64,000 bases of DNA from the human T2T-CHM13v2.0 reference genome, Homo sapiens. Made by a program: the position numbers and the translations under genes. The notes under the pieces were generated by a model that saw only the letters and a program-made list of their open reading frames with translations, searched no databases and was not told the origin of the DNA. The DNA lies in NCBI RefSeq assembly GCF_009914755.1, contig NC_060947.1; one strand, 5' to 3'. The first letter of the stretch is position 1. Each line of letters opens with the position of its first letter. Below are positions 31,904 to 47,993 of the stretch, piece after piece.

Positions 31904-32730
31904 GTGTGTGTGTGTGTGTGTGTGTAAGAATACAACATAAAATCTGTCCTCTTAACATATTTTAGTGCATTTTTTATATAAAATATACTTCAAAAAAGCT
32001 AAAAATTGTTATAGATTTATAAAAGTGACAAATGGGAAGGAAAGCAGGGATGTCATAAATTTCTGGAAGGGAGGAAGCATATGGGATCATATTAATTAAT
32101 AAGCATTTCTGGGGAGCACAAAGGTTCAGAGTACACAGAAATTGCCAATAGTGGAAGGGGATTCATACAGCAGGGCTTGGATGAAGGGTACAAATTGAGT
32201 GATAGGAAAAATTGTCTGCAAAAGATAAACAGGTCAGCCTTCCCTGACCTTGTATCAAGCAGAGGTTCCTACCCCCTTATACCATAGCAGGGATGCCTCC
32301 ATCCCATTTGAAGGCAAAATGTACTCTACACATAAATGTATAGTCTAGACAGCTTCTAGAAGAGAATCTGGTATTCTAAATCTGGATCCTTTTTATTTTA
32401 GCTTGGAGGTAGGAATGGGATATTGGCACTTAAAAATCCCTCAGCAAAGACTAATTAAAGTGTATGGGACCCCCTGTGGAGATGAATCACTGGATTAGAG
32501 AGGACCTAGAATGATTTTATTGCCTGCTTTTTTTGTTTCTCAGAAGAGAGCTGCCATCCCTCCCTCCCCAGGAGCCAGATTAAGCACTGCATTCTGGAGA
32601 CTGCAAACCAGTGGGAAAGACAAAGAATATACAAATTAATAAACACATAATAGCCAAGTGCTATTGAGATCCTAAAGATAAAGCATGGGAAAGAAATTGA
32701 GGGGAAGTGCAATAGAAATGAGAAGGCCAA

Positions 32731-33108
<378 letters not shown>

Positions 33109-34414
33109 TCATGGATTCTATAGAATTAGATCATCTAGATTTAATAAAAGAGAGCAAATAAAAAACATCTATTTACTTTAAAATTTTTTAAAATGGTGTG
33201 TTAAAAGTTTTTAATTGTTATTATTTTATCAAATATTAAGGTCTGACTATTCATTTTATTAAGGCATCTGGGCAAGCTATCAAGTTCTTCCTAATTCCCA
33301 GACCTCATTCTTTAACCGAGGGTCTCAGTAAGGATATTTTGGGTGAAAGGAACATGAAAGAAAGCAAAACAGTATGATAATACTGTTATTCTTTTGTTTA
33401 TCTATATGCTTATTGTTATTTCTGCCATATTTCTTATTTATTTATAATAAAGAACATATTCTTATTTTTCCTCTATTTTTGGCCTTCCATTGTATCATTT
33501 TAGTTTTCTACATTCCTTACTTTTATTAGACTTTTTTCATTGCTTTACTCATATTGAATTTAGTCATTCCATTTCTAGTCTTTCCATAAGTTATGTATAA
33601 CTTTTGCAAATGAATACTTTTAAATATATCAAGAAGATATAATAGATACTATTATATATTATAGAATGTACTTGTAAATAATTATATATAAACATGTAAA
33701 GAAGATATGTGTGTATTTGTGTTTGTGTACTGTATGTATACTATACAAACACAATTTGTGTAATATATAGTATAATTGTATACTATACTTGTGTAGTATA
33801 CTTGTAGTAGAATATATTTGTTTTGTGTAGTGTATAGTGTGTGTTTGTATGTGTGTGTGTATTCAGAGGAAAAAAAATTTCCTTCTGAAAGTTTCAGATT
33901 TGTATTTCTTTCATAGATCCATTCTGTAGAGATGAGAACAACTGAGTATCAGGAGGTACAAGACATCAGGGTTTTTGTGCACAGGCTGGAAGACATCAGG
34001 CTCTTCTTACCCAGTGTCTCAGGTACCAGCCTTTAGGCCAGGGGCTAAATAGGGGCATTTTGAGTAAAACAAACATGAAAGGAAGCAAAACAGTGAGTAT
34101 CATTAGTCAATATGTAATATTAGGATTCCTAGTATTGTTAGAAAAATGGAACAAAATTTTAAGTCTGGTTTGGCATGTATACTTAAGTTCTCATGTTTGC
34201 TTGTATATGAAACACACACATTCAGTTAACAACCAAAATCTACAAACATCTGATTTTTCTACTTGACACCAAGAAGTCATTTTATTACATTTTCTGCCAT
34301 TTTTCATAGTTTTCTGTGTGTTTGCATTTCTGCGTATATCTGTGTGTGTGATATTATTTCTTTGGTGGGATATGATATTTAGTAAATACTTTTAATAAAA
34401 CAAGTATGGGAACC

Positions 34415-34568
34415 AGCTGGCTCCTTTGCCATTTTACCTTCTGCCATGATTGTAAATTTCCTGAGGCCTCCCCAGCCATGAAGAACTGTGAGTCAATTAA
34501 ACCTCTTTTGTTTATAAATTACCCAGTCTCAGATATTCTTTATAGCAGCTTGAAAATGGACTAATACA
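34415..34568 (+). mobile_element. THE1/MST LTR 3' part
   Basis: CCATGATTGTAA...GAGGCCTCCCCAGCCATG...GACTAATACA. Confidence 0.8.
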
Positions 34569-35432
<864 letters not shown>

Positions 35433-37166
35433 AAACCTCCCCTTTTTGCAAAAGCAAAAATATTAATTTTGGTGAGACTTTTCCATAATAATCTTGGTAT
35501 CTTTAATTGAAGTTACATTAAAATCATAGATGATTTTAGAGACAATGTACATCTATATAAAATTTATAAATTTTCTTACTTATAAATTTCAAAACTATCA
35601 ACATGAATAGAAAAGATACAACCAACAGATTAGATAAGTCTTTCACATTTTTCTCAGTTATATACATTGCTAATTTCTACCTCCTGTCATGGCCATTGAA
35701 GCTGAAAGCAACAAGGATGATTTAGGATAAGCTTATGTTGGAACTGACCTTATTACAGCTTAAGTAACAAAACAAAACAAAACAAAACCAGGAAATCCAT
35801 AGGAACATTCCTGAAAGTAAAATTACATAAGCTGTTGAAGCTGTTGACTTTAGCCAGGGAAGCTTCATGCCGGAGTCAAATAAAATTTTATAGGACCTTC
35901 TAAACTATCTACTTTGAATAAGCATTCTTGACATTTGAATGCAGCCCTAATATGTCAGTGATTTTAAGTCCTTCTATTTTGATCCTCTTTAACTCCCATT
36001 TCCCAAAGCTCCCTTTTTCTCTCTGCCAAATACAAGATATTTTTTCTCACATATTTTCAGTAAACTTTTTATTTTGAGACAATTTTACAGTCACATGTAG
36101 TTGTAAGAAAAAATACAGAAAGAGCCTGTGCATCCTTCACCCAGTTTCCCCCAACGGTAAGTAACGTCTTGCAAGCAATCACAGAATATCACAACCAGAA
36201 AACTGGCAGTAATACAATACAAGGATCTTCAGTTTTCCCCAGTTTTACTTGCACTCATACATATGCGAGCATATGTATGTGTCTATCCTCTCCATCTTCT
36301 TTTTTCTACTTAAGATTTAATTAAATACTGTACATCAAGCAGATGAGTATCTTATCTGAATTATAGAATCACAATTTGTTTAACAGTTTTGATGTGGATG
36401 TGATGTACTCTAGAGCCTAGCATGGTTTGTAACAGAGTTTAAATGCATTTAATACATATTAATAATATTAATGTATTATGGAAATTAAGTGCTAGACTGT
36501 GGATTTGTGATATGTGAACTCAGTTGAACCAAGAAAGATATTTTTATTTGTGAGAAAGGGGTGAGTTTCTCATCTGTTGGTTTAAATTTATTAGTATGCA
36601 GTCTAGGTGATCAGCTTTCCAAATGAGTTTCTGCTTTCACATTATTCCAGCAAGACATTTATAATTAATGCTACAGGAAAATTACACTTGGGCAATATTT
36701 AGTCAATCTTTGTCAATAGGAAACAAAAGCATAAATCTAGCTCTAGATGGAAAAAAACAGAACACAAGATTGCTTTAGAATAAATAAGGTAAATGTTGAT
36801 TAATTTAGCTACAGCTACATTTTTCCTCGATGAAACTCTATTTGGGTGGTGTGCCCATCTTTGTTTAAACTCACTGTTTCATCTTGTCATAACTATTATT
36901 TATTTATACACTGCCATTTGTGCTTAAAAATAAAGTCATTGCTTAAAATGACAAGCTCTAATTTCTCTTTATTTTGAAGTCATTATGTGGGTTTTACTTT
37001 TTCTAATTATGCTTGGTTCATCATGTTAAGAAAAGATGTTATCCCCAAAATGTACAAATAGAACTCAAAGATAGTTTTCTTCAAGAACAAATAGAAATGT
37101 GAAGAATGAAAACATTATAACTAGGGAAAACATGTTCTGCCTTCACTTTAGTATTTTTTATTGTTT

Positions 37167-39845
<2,679 letters not shown>

Positions 39846-42800
39846 ATTTTTTATTGTTTGTCATTGTTGTTGTTAGTATCATTACTATTGTCATTATCTT
39901 GCATGGTTGTCAATTTGCTTTTATTTGGATTTTTTCCCCAGGAGTTCTGGACTACGTGAAATTCTTGGGCATGCTTGAGTTGTGGCGCATTCCTGGGCAC
40001 AATTTATTCTGATTTTTGTTAGCTATTTGACAGATAAAACAGGACAATGGACAAAGAGCAGAGAATAATATAGGTAGGTGGGTTAGCTGGTTGATAAGCT
40101 AAAGGCAAAACAGAGGATTCCAGACAGGCTACATAGGGCTCAGAGTATGACTTCTGGAATGAGCTTTTCTAAGCCCCAAGAGCTGATAATTTTTCCTATT
40201 GTTAAATAGGAGAGATAATCACCAGTGTCCTCATCATTCTTTTAATGTTCACCACAAAATCTGACGTAGAGCAAAGTTAAGCGAAAGAGGGATCCATAAA
40301 TAAATTATAATTCACATTTCCTTGACCATAGCTTCTCTATCCAGAAATATGTTTAAGTCAAACATTTTATTTTATGCCAGTGTAGACTTAGTGCCAATTG
40401 CTATTAAATTGGTAAATTAAATCAAATTAAACTTTATTAACTTTTGTTTTCATATCTATACATGAGACGATACCATATACTTTATATAAGCTGAAGATAT
40501 TAAGATGATTTTACTAGATGGAGAAAGAGACAGAGAAAAGAATTCCAGGTAGACGGAACATTATTAGCAAATGCACGTAAGCATAAATATGCATATTAAG
40601 CATGATTCAATGTATAGCCAGAACAATGAGTACATTACTGAAAAATTATCATCATAATTTGATTTTAAGATAATGAAGGGCTTTGGATGTTGAAATTATT
40701 TATAATAGTAACATCATCAAGGACATTATGAAGATTTTCTTTTCCTATTTAGTACTCTTTCTTGTGCCTTTACTTTTTCCTTTTGCTAGATTATGAAATG
40801 CAATCTTGTGCTCACTTTTCACTTCAGGTTCCCTTCTATCAAAAGCCCTAACACTCGTGTTTAGATCCATTTCTTTGGAATTCTTATATTAGGAATTTTT
40901 ACAAAGGCACAGGTAGTTATTTATGAAACTCAAGTTGGGTAAATACATAACTAGGTGTAATCCTAAGTGAGGCAGTGTTGGAAATCAGAAGAGCTTGATT
41001 AATTTATTGGAGAAAATCCAGAGTTTAAAGTCTAGAAGCATTTTCATCTCTTACTTTGGAGGATGGAACTTCTAAAGGGGGTTTTCTCTCTTTTACAATT
41101 TGAATTATCTTTCTCTGTGGTTCACATCTTAGAGCCATATCTACTATTGCTGACTAAATTGCTAGGATGAATTACCTGCTAGTTAGAAATAACAGGACTA
41201 TAGAAGATATCCAATTATGAATAGGTTGAGGGCTGTAATAATGGAAATAAACTGAATTCTATACAAATCTTTCAGCAGGATACTCAGCAGAAAAAAATGT
41301 TTCTTCAATTGGCCTATAAAAATGACTTGCATTTCACATGGAGTAAGCCATCTCTTGATCCAAGCAAATGTTGAGTGCTGCAAAGTGGAAATCCAACGCT
41401 CTTTCCTCTCCCACATATACACAGAAGAGCAAAATAACAATGAAGAATAATAGAGAAGGGAAGCCAAAACTGGTATATTTCAGTTCATTTAAAAAATTGA
41501 AGTTTGAGGTTAAGAATATAGAGCAAGAGGTAAGATGCTCAGAATAAAGACAGAGAATTCAGTTACCATGGCAAATATCTCACTTTACCCCCAATTCATC
41601 ATTCATCCCCATAAGGATGCCCCAAATAAATCTTTGTTGCCTTTTTCCGCGAGGAGAATGTTGTACTCTGCTTCAGGTAAATGGATGGAGTAAAGAACAG
41701 GACAGAGTCCATATGCTTTTTAGCCCATAAATCAGGTAAATAGCAGTATTTCATTCAACAATAACCATCTACTTCACACCAGGCTAAATTTCCTGGGGTT
41801 AGTGACACAATCGTATACAAGACAAAGTTCTTGCCTTCATGGAACCTGTATTCTAATGGAAGATGAGACCAATCATTAAATTATCAAATGAATGTACATT
41901 GTTTATAATTAATCATTCAGGTAATGATGAGTGCTATGAAATAATTTCAGTCAATAAGATACAATAGCTATGAGTGGATATTGCTCCTAAATTAAATTGG
42001 AACCTTATCAAGAAACCACTCGTAGGATTACAGGTAAGGAAGAAACATGATGTGAGCTCCTAATTTTTTTTTTTTTTTTTTAACAAGAACAAGTCAGCAA
42101 CCTAGATTGACAGCAGCAACAGTAGCATAAGCTTTCTTTTCTCCTTCCCTACAGGAGCATCTGGGATAATGTCTGGATAATTATGGCCTTACTGAGGTTG
42201 AGAAAAGGCCTAATTCTGTCAAAGTGCTTTTTAATATTTTTATATAAAGGGTTTCCTCATTGTTTTGGAAGAACTTACTCTGATAATCCAAGTGATTATG
42301 TCCAGGAGAACGACTATAAACTCTAGGCTTTCTGGATTTCTACACCAAATTCAGACTCAGCAGGGATACATCTTCAGCCAAAGGAAGAAAACCAAATCAG
42401 GACAGCAGTGTTCATGAAAAATATCTCTGGCTTCAGAACTTCAGTATTTTGTAAATGCTGTTTCACCACAGCGAACCCCTAATTTTGAATTGGTATACTT
42501 AATATGTATGACTATGGTACTCTTTAAGTTAGATGCTCACAATAGAGTTATTTCTCACTTAGCCTTTACCTTGACTCCTTCCCTTTTACCTTGAATGAAA
42601 GTCTTGTATGGCTTTTCTACATCTCCCACCACATCTGTTTGATTACCTATTTTAGCTTACCTAGGGTAAGGTTTTGCAACAAAGGAATGAAGGATTGAGG
42701 CTTGGCTACCAGTAAAGGTCAGCCAAGAACATAAGGTACATCTTTATTAGACACTATCACACACTGTTCCATCTTCTTCCCTTTCTTAAATTCTTCATCT

Positions 42801-43639
42801 GTTTCCTTATACAAATATTTACTGAATATCTATTAGTGCTACATATGGAGCTGGAACTAAGAAAATCATGTGTTTCCTTGTGAAAGTCATACTCAGATGA
42901 CAAAATAATTTTATGTAGCTAAGACCAAGGGGTAAACATTAATTTTAAATAATTATACAAAATACCAGGAAACAAACACTCAAAAAGACTAGCATTTACG
43001 CTCAACACAGAAATGGTGAAATAGCTAACTTCAGTAGTCACAGAAAATCAAAGATTAAATATACACTACTGCATGCAGTAGCAATTTTAAATAAGCTTTC
43101 TGCCTGATAGATGCTGTGTCCTGTTTCTCAGCTATGAATGATATGGCCAACTAAAAAATAATAATAATATACTGTACATCAAGGATAACAAATTGTTAAG
43201 ACTTCACTGAGTATTGCTTTATCAGCAACTATGTAGAATGATAAATCATTGTTACCCATCACACACCATCCAAGAACATTAGTAACCTTCCTGAGAGCTC
43301 CGTGAAAATTTTCCTCTTTATAATTAACTCTCATTAGAAAGTTGCAGTTTTTTTCAGAATGACCACCAATGACACAGATGCAGCTGAGAACAGCTGAGAC
43401 ACAGGTGTTTGATGTTTGGTTTGTTGTTAATAGTTCATCATGCATGAAGTGACTAAATCATTTTTTTACACTACTCATTTTGTTGAATTAAATGGAGAAA
43501 GATGATTACATTTATTATTTCTAAGTTTTCATTGGCAATATCAAAGGAACAGACTTTTTTCTGCTGGAATAATAAAATCTGTTATAATGTTTCAATAAAT
43601 AATGTTTTACATTAACATTTAAAATACTCATATTAGGAC

Positions 43640-43766
43640 ACACCAAAGGGGGACAAGAGTTGCCTTGACAGAGCTCCCACTGGTCAAATTGGGACAATTT
43701 GAACATCAGAAAGAATAATAATGGTAATGGTTTATATTATATTGAATATAAAAAAGAATTCCTGAG
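43640..43766 (+). mobile_element. L1M(E) 3' UTR, left part (host of the retrocopy)
   Basis: CCCACTGGTCAAATTGGGACAATTTGAACATC...; continues after 53476 as TCCACAGTAATACTC. Confidence 0.65.
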
Positions 43767-44192
43767 GATCCTCAGCCAGTGTCTTCTTATTATGCCTCTC
43801 TTGCCTTTTTTTTAAGGTAAATAAATAATTTTTTAAAAAAGGTCCTTAAGTTCAGACCTATGCTAGAGTTATATTTCTGAGGAGCATCTGAGAAAAATGT
43901 GAATTTTTATCCCTTTTCTGAGTGACTCTTTTTTTTTTTGGCTGGCCAGCAATCTTCACTTCATGTGGGTTGGTGCCTTTGCCTGCCTCTTTGTCTCTTC
44001 ATTCTCTGTCCCCTCCCCATCACCATGATTGGGACTGTGAATGTCAGTCACGGACATTTCTGAGTCAAAATGGTGGCATGTCGGGTTACTAACTGCTTCC
44101 TTCAAGAACCATCTGCAATTACATTCAAAGGGTTTACCTTTTGGATCTAAATTTAAATCCAAAATTGGTTTACCAATTAAATCCAAAAGGGA

Positions 44193-44274
44193 GCTAAGTG
44201 AGGTGGTGCGTGCCAGAAGCTCTAGCTACTTGGGAGGCTGAGGCAGGAAGATGGCTTGAGCCCATGAGTTTGAG
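44193..44274 (+). mobile_element. Alu/FLAM-like fragment ending exactly at the FMN2 exon-2 start
   Basis: GCTACTTGGGAGGCTGAGGCAGGAAGATGGCTTGAGCCCATGAGTTTGAG then abrupt switch to FMN2. Confidence 0.75.
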
Positions 44275-44440
44275 GGCAAACACTGTTGGAGAAGCTATTC
44301 AGCAGCAGGAGAAGGGGCCTCCAGAAGAAGCAGAGAAGTTTTGCTCAGGGATCATTGCCATGGCTCTTCTCCTTTCTTTTAGTGATTGCTTCAGGGAACC
44401 ATGTAATCAGAATGTCCAGATGAGTGCAGCTTCGTTTGAT
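44275..44440 (+). pseudogene. FMN2: FMN2 exon-2-derived segment
   Basis: Encodes G(Q)[54 protein letters not shown] with a 1-bp frameshift. Confidence 0.88.
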
Positions 44441-44636
44441 GTTTTGAACAAAACTTTGTACAGAAGCTTATATCAATATACAAAGATCATGGATGCTTGT
44501 AGATACAATGAACCACAAATGAAAATTTGAGGTCAGCCATCCATCAGACATAGTCAACAAATAATGTGGATGGAAACTGGTTAGTCTCTTCTGTACACAG
44601 AAGTAAAATGATTATTGATGAAACAAGACATCAGCC

Positions 44637-45192
44637 TGAGAGGTGCAGCCAGCTGGATTTCTGGGTTGGGTGGGGACTCGAAGAACTTTTCTGTCTTACA
44701 AGAGGATTGTAAAATGCACCAATCAGCACTCTGTAGCTAGGATTGTAAAACACACCAATCAGCGCTCTGTGGCTATCTAGAGGTTTGTAAAATGCGCCAA
44801 TCAGTGCTCTGTGAAAACGCACCAATCAGCGCTCTGTGGCTAGCTAGAAGTTTGTAAAATGGACCAATCAGCACACTGTAAAATGGACCAATCAGTGCTC
44901 TGTAAAATAGACCAATCAGCACTCTGTAAAATGGACTGATCAGCAGGACATGGGCAGGGATAAATAATGGAATAAAAGCTGGCCAACCCAGCCAGCAGTG
45001 GCAACCTGCTCCGGTACCCTTCCACACTGTTGAAGCTTTGTTCTTTCGCTCTTCACAATAAATCTTGCTGTTGCTCACTCTTTGGGTCTGTGCCACCTTT
45101 AAGAGCTGTAACACTCACCACAAAAGTCCGCGGCTCCACTACTGAAGTTAGCAAGACCAAGAATCCACCAGAAGGAACCAAATCCGGACACA
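44637..45192 (+). mobile_element. LTR12 (ERV9) 5' LTR
   Basis: TGAGAGGTGCAGCCAGCTGG start, CCAATCAG tandem array, ends ...TCCGGACACA. Confidence 0.95.
44715..44980 (+). promoter_or_regulatory. LTR12 U3 enhancer/promoter: 7 CCAATCAG (NF-Y) boxes plus AATAAAA TATA-like element
   Basis: Seven CCAATCAG counted between 44719 and 44919; AATAAAAGC at ~44971. Confidence 0.8.
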
Positions 45193-45195
45193 TCT

Positions 45196-45213
45196 TGGCG
45201 ACCAGGAAGGGAC
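45196..45213 (+). other. Primer binding site, tRNA-Arg
   Basis: TGGCGACCAGGAAGGGAC, one mismatch from the complement of the recalled tRNA-Arg(TCG) 3' end. Confidence 0.85.
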
Positions 45214-46532
45214 TATCACCAAGCAGCGATTACCACTGGACCCCTTTTGCTTACCTTTCTGTCCTATTTTTCCGTAGAATTCGGGGGCTAAACATGGGGC
45301 ACCTGTCGGCCAGTTAAAAGTGACTAGCATGGCCGCCAGACTAAAGACACGGGTGTCAGGCTTTCTGGGAAAGGGCTCTCTAACAACCTCCAACTCTTCA
45401 GGGTTTGGAGTGTTGGTTTGCCTGGAACCAGTTTCCACTTTTCCTGTACTTCTGGGCTGAGCCGAGGATCGACAGAGAAGAAAGCCATTCAGCTCCGGGG
45501 TCCCAACAAAAAGCTGGTTGACCCTGCAGCCATGAGCGGAACTGTCAAAGTCATGTCACTCAAGCGAGACTCACCCATCTATCCTATCTATCCTGACCCT
45601 TGCCTCCTGGGTCCTAATGCCTATCAGACAAACTTCCTCTCGCCTCTCTTCTCCAAGGCCAGTCCTGCTTCTAAAAACCACTACCTGTCTCTGGTGCTTT
45701 TCTAGTTTCTCCTGTAAGAATGATTTCTAGTATAAACTTCAGGACTCTGTTCCCTTCTTTAGGCACCTGGGCTCACCAATCAGACAGACGTAATTGTTGC
45801 CCAAAGCCCCACTGGTGGGGAGACTATCTGGAATTTTAGGATCCCTCCTCAGAAAAGCAGGCCTAACAAAGGCTATTCCCAAAGCTAGGGTATGGGGAGC
45901 CTGAGAAATGATATCCTTCCTATCCACATGATGAGAAGTGAGGACAAAAGGCGTCACTCTTCCAACCCTAGAAATCCCTTCCCTCCCTCAGGGTATGGCC
46001 CTCCACTCAATTTTTGGAGCATATCACCTTTGGAGGACAAGGGTAAGGTCGCAATACTAACAGGAAAAAAAGGCTTAGGACTCTAACAGGTTTTCGAGAA
46101 TGTGTCGGTAAGGGCCACTAAATCCAATTTTTCTCGGTCCTCTTTGTGGTCTAAGTGGAAAGGTGAGGGTGCAGGTTTTTGAGAATGCATTGGTAAGGGC
46201 CACTAAATTCGACCTTCCTCAGTCCTCTTTGTGGTCTAAGAGGAAAACTAGAGTTTCTGCTGCTGCTTCGGTGAGCACAACTATTCTGATCAGCAGGGTC
46301 CAGGGACCATTGAGGGTTCTTGGGCAAGAGGGGGATCTGCTGCTGTGTCAGTGAGTGCAACTATTCCAATCAGAAGGGTCCAGGGACCTTTGTGGGTTCT
46401 TGGGCAAGAGGGGGATCTGCTGCTGTGTCAGTGAGTGCAACTATTCCAATCAGAAGGGTCCAGGGACTGTTGCAGGTTCTTGGGCAGGGGGTGGGGGGAC
46501 AAACCAAAACCATGGGCAGTTTTTTCTTTCAC

Positions 46533-47993
46533 ATGGGAAACACTCAGGCAGCAACAGGCTCACCCTTGAGATACATCCTAAGCCACTGGGACAAATTTGA
46601 CCCACAAACCCTGAAAAAGAAGTGGCTTATTTTTTTCTGCACTATGGCCTGTCCCCAATATTCTCTCTCTGATGGGGAAAAATGGCCACTTGAGGGAAGT
46701 ATAAATTACAATACTATCTTGCAGCTTGACCTTTTCTGTAAGAGGGAAGGCAAATGGAGTGAAATATCTTATGTCCAAGCTTTCTTTTCATTGAAGGAGA
46801 ATCCACAACTATGCAAAGCTTGCAAACTACATCCCACAAGAGGACCTCTCAGCTTACCTCCATATCCTAGCCTTCCTATAGCTCCCCTTCCTATTAATAA
46901 TAAGCCTCCTCTAATCTCCCCTGCCCAGAAGGAAACAAGCAAAGAAATCTCCAAAGGACCACAAAAACCCCCTGGCTATCGGTTAGTGTTCCCCTTCAAG
47001 CTTTAGGGGGAGGGGAATTTGGCCCAACCCAGGTACATGTCCCATTCTCCCTCTCTGATTTAAAGCAGATCAAGGTAGACCTGGGAAAGTTTTCAGATGA
47101 TCCTGATAGGTAACAGATGTCCTACAGGGTCTACGGCAAACCTTCAACCTCACTTGGAGAGATGTCATGCTATTGTTAGATCAAACCCTGGCCTTTAATG
47201 AAAAGAATGCAGCTTTAGCTGCAGCCCGAGAGTTTGGAGATGCCTGGTATCTTAGTCAAGTATATGACTGAATGACAGCTGAAGAAAGGGACAAATTCCC
47301 TACTGGTCAGCTAGCTGTTCCCAGTATGAATCCCGACTGGTATCTCGACTCAGATCATGGGAACTGGAGTCATGAACATCTGTTGAACTGTGTTCTAGAA
47401 GGGCTAAGGAGAATTAAGGAAAAAGCCCATGAATTATTCACTGATGTCCACCATAACTCAGGGAAAGGAAGAAAATCCTTCTGCCTTCCTCGAGTGGCTA
47501 CGGGAGGCCTTAACAAAATATACTCCCCTGTTGCCCGACTCCCTCGAGGGTCAATTGATCCTAAAAGATAAGTTTATTACCCAATCAGCCACAGATATCA
47601 GGAGAAAGCTCCAAAAATGAGCCCTGGGCCCTGAACAAAATCTGGAGGCATTATTAAACCTGGCAACCTCGGTGTTCTATAATAGGGACCAAGAGGAACA
47701 AGCCAAAAAGGAAAAGTGAGATCAGGGAAAGTTGCAGCCTTAGTCCTCGCCCTCAGACAAACAAACCTTGGTGGTTCAGAGAGGATAGAAAATGGAACAG
47801 GCCAATCACCCAGTAGGGCTTGTTATCTGTGTGGTTTGCAAGGACACTTTAAAAAAGATCGTCCAATGAGAAACAAGCTGCCCCCTCACCCATGTCCACT
47901 ATGCTGAGGCAATCACTGGAAGGTGCACTGCCCCAGAGGACAAAGGTTCTCTGGGCAGAAGCCCCCAACCAGATGATCCAACAACAGGACTGA
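46533..47993 (+). pseudogene. gag: HERV9 gag remnant
   Basis: MGNTQAATGSPLRYILSHW...; MHR-like QGKEENPSAFLEWLREAL; zinc knuckle CYLCGLQGHFKKD; several frameshifts and stops. Confidence 0.9.

Noticed and set aside
44700-44945. CCAATCAG repeat array resembling CRISPR
   Set aside because: Standard LTR12 U3 tandem enhancer repeats in eukaryotic DNA
46255-46485. Three ~77-bp tandem units
   Set aside because: Leader repeats within HERV9 upstream of gag; no unique spacers, so not CRISPR-like
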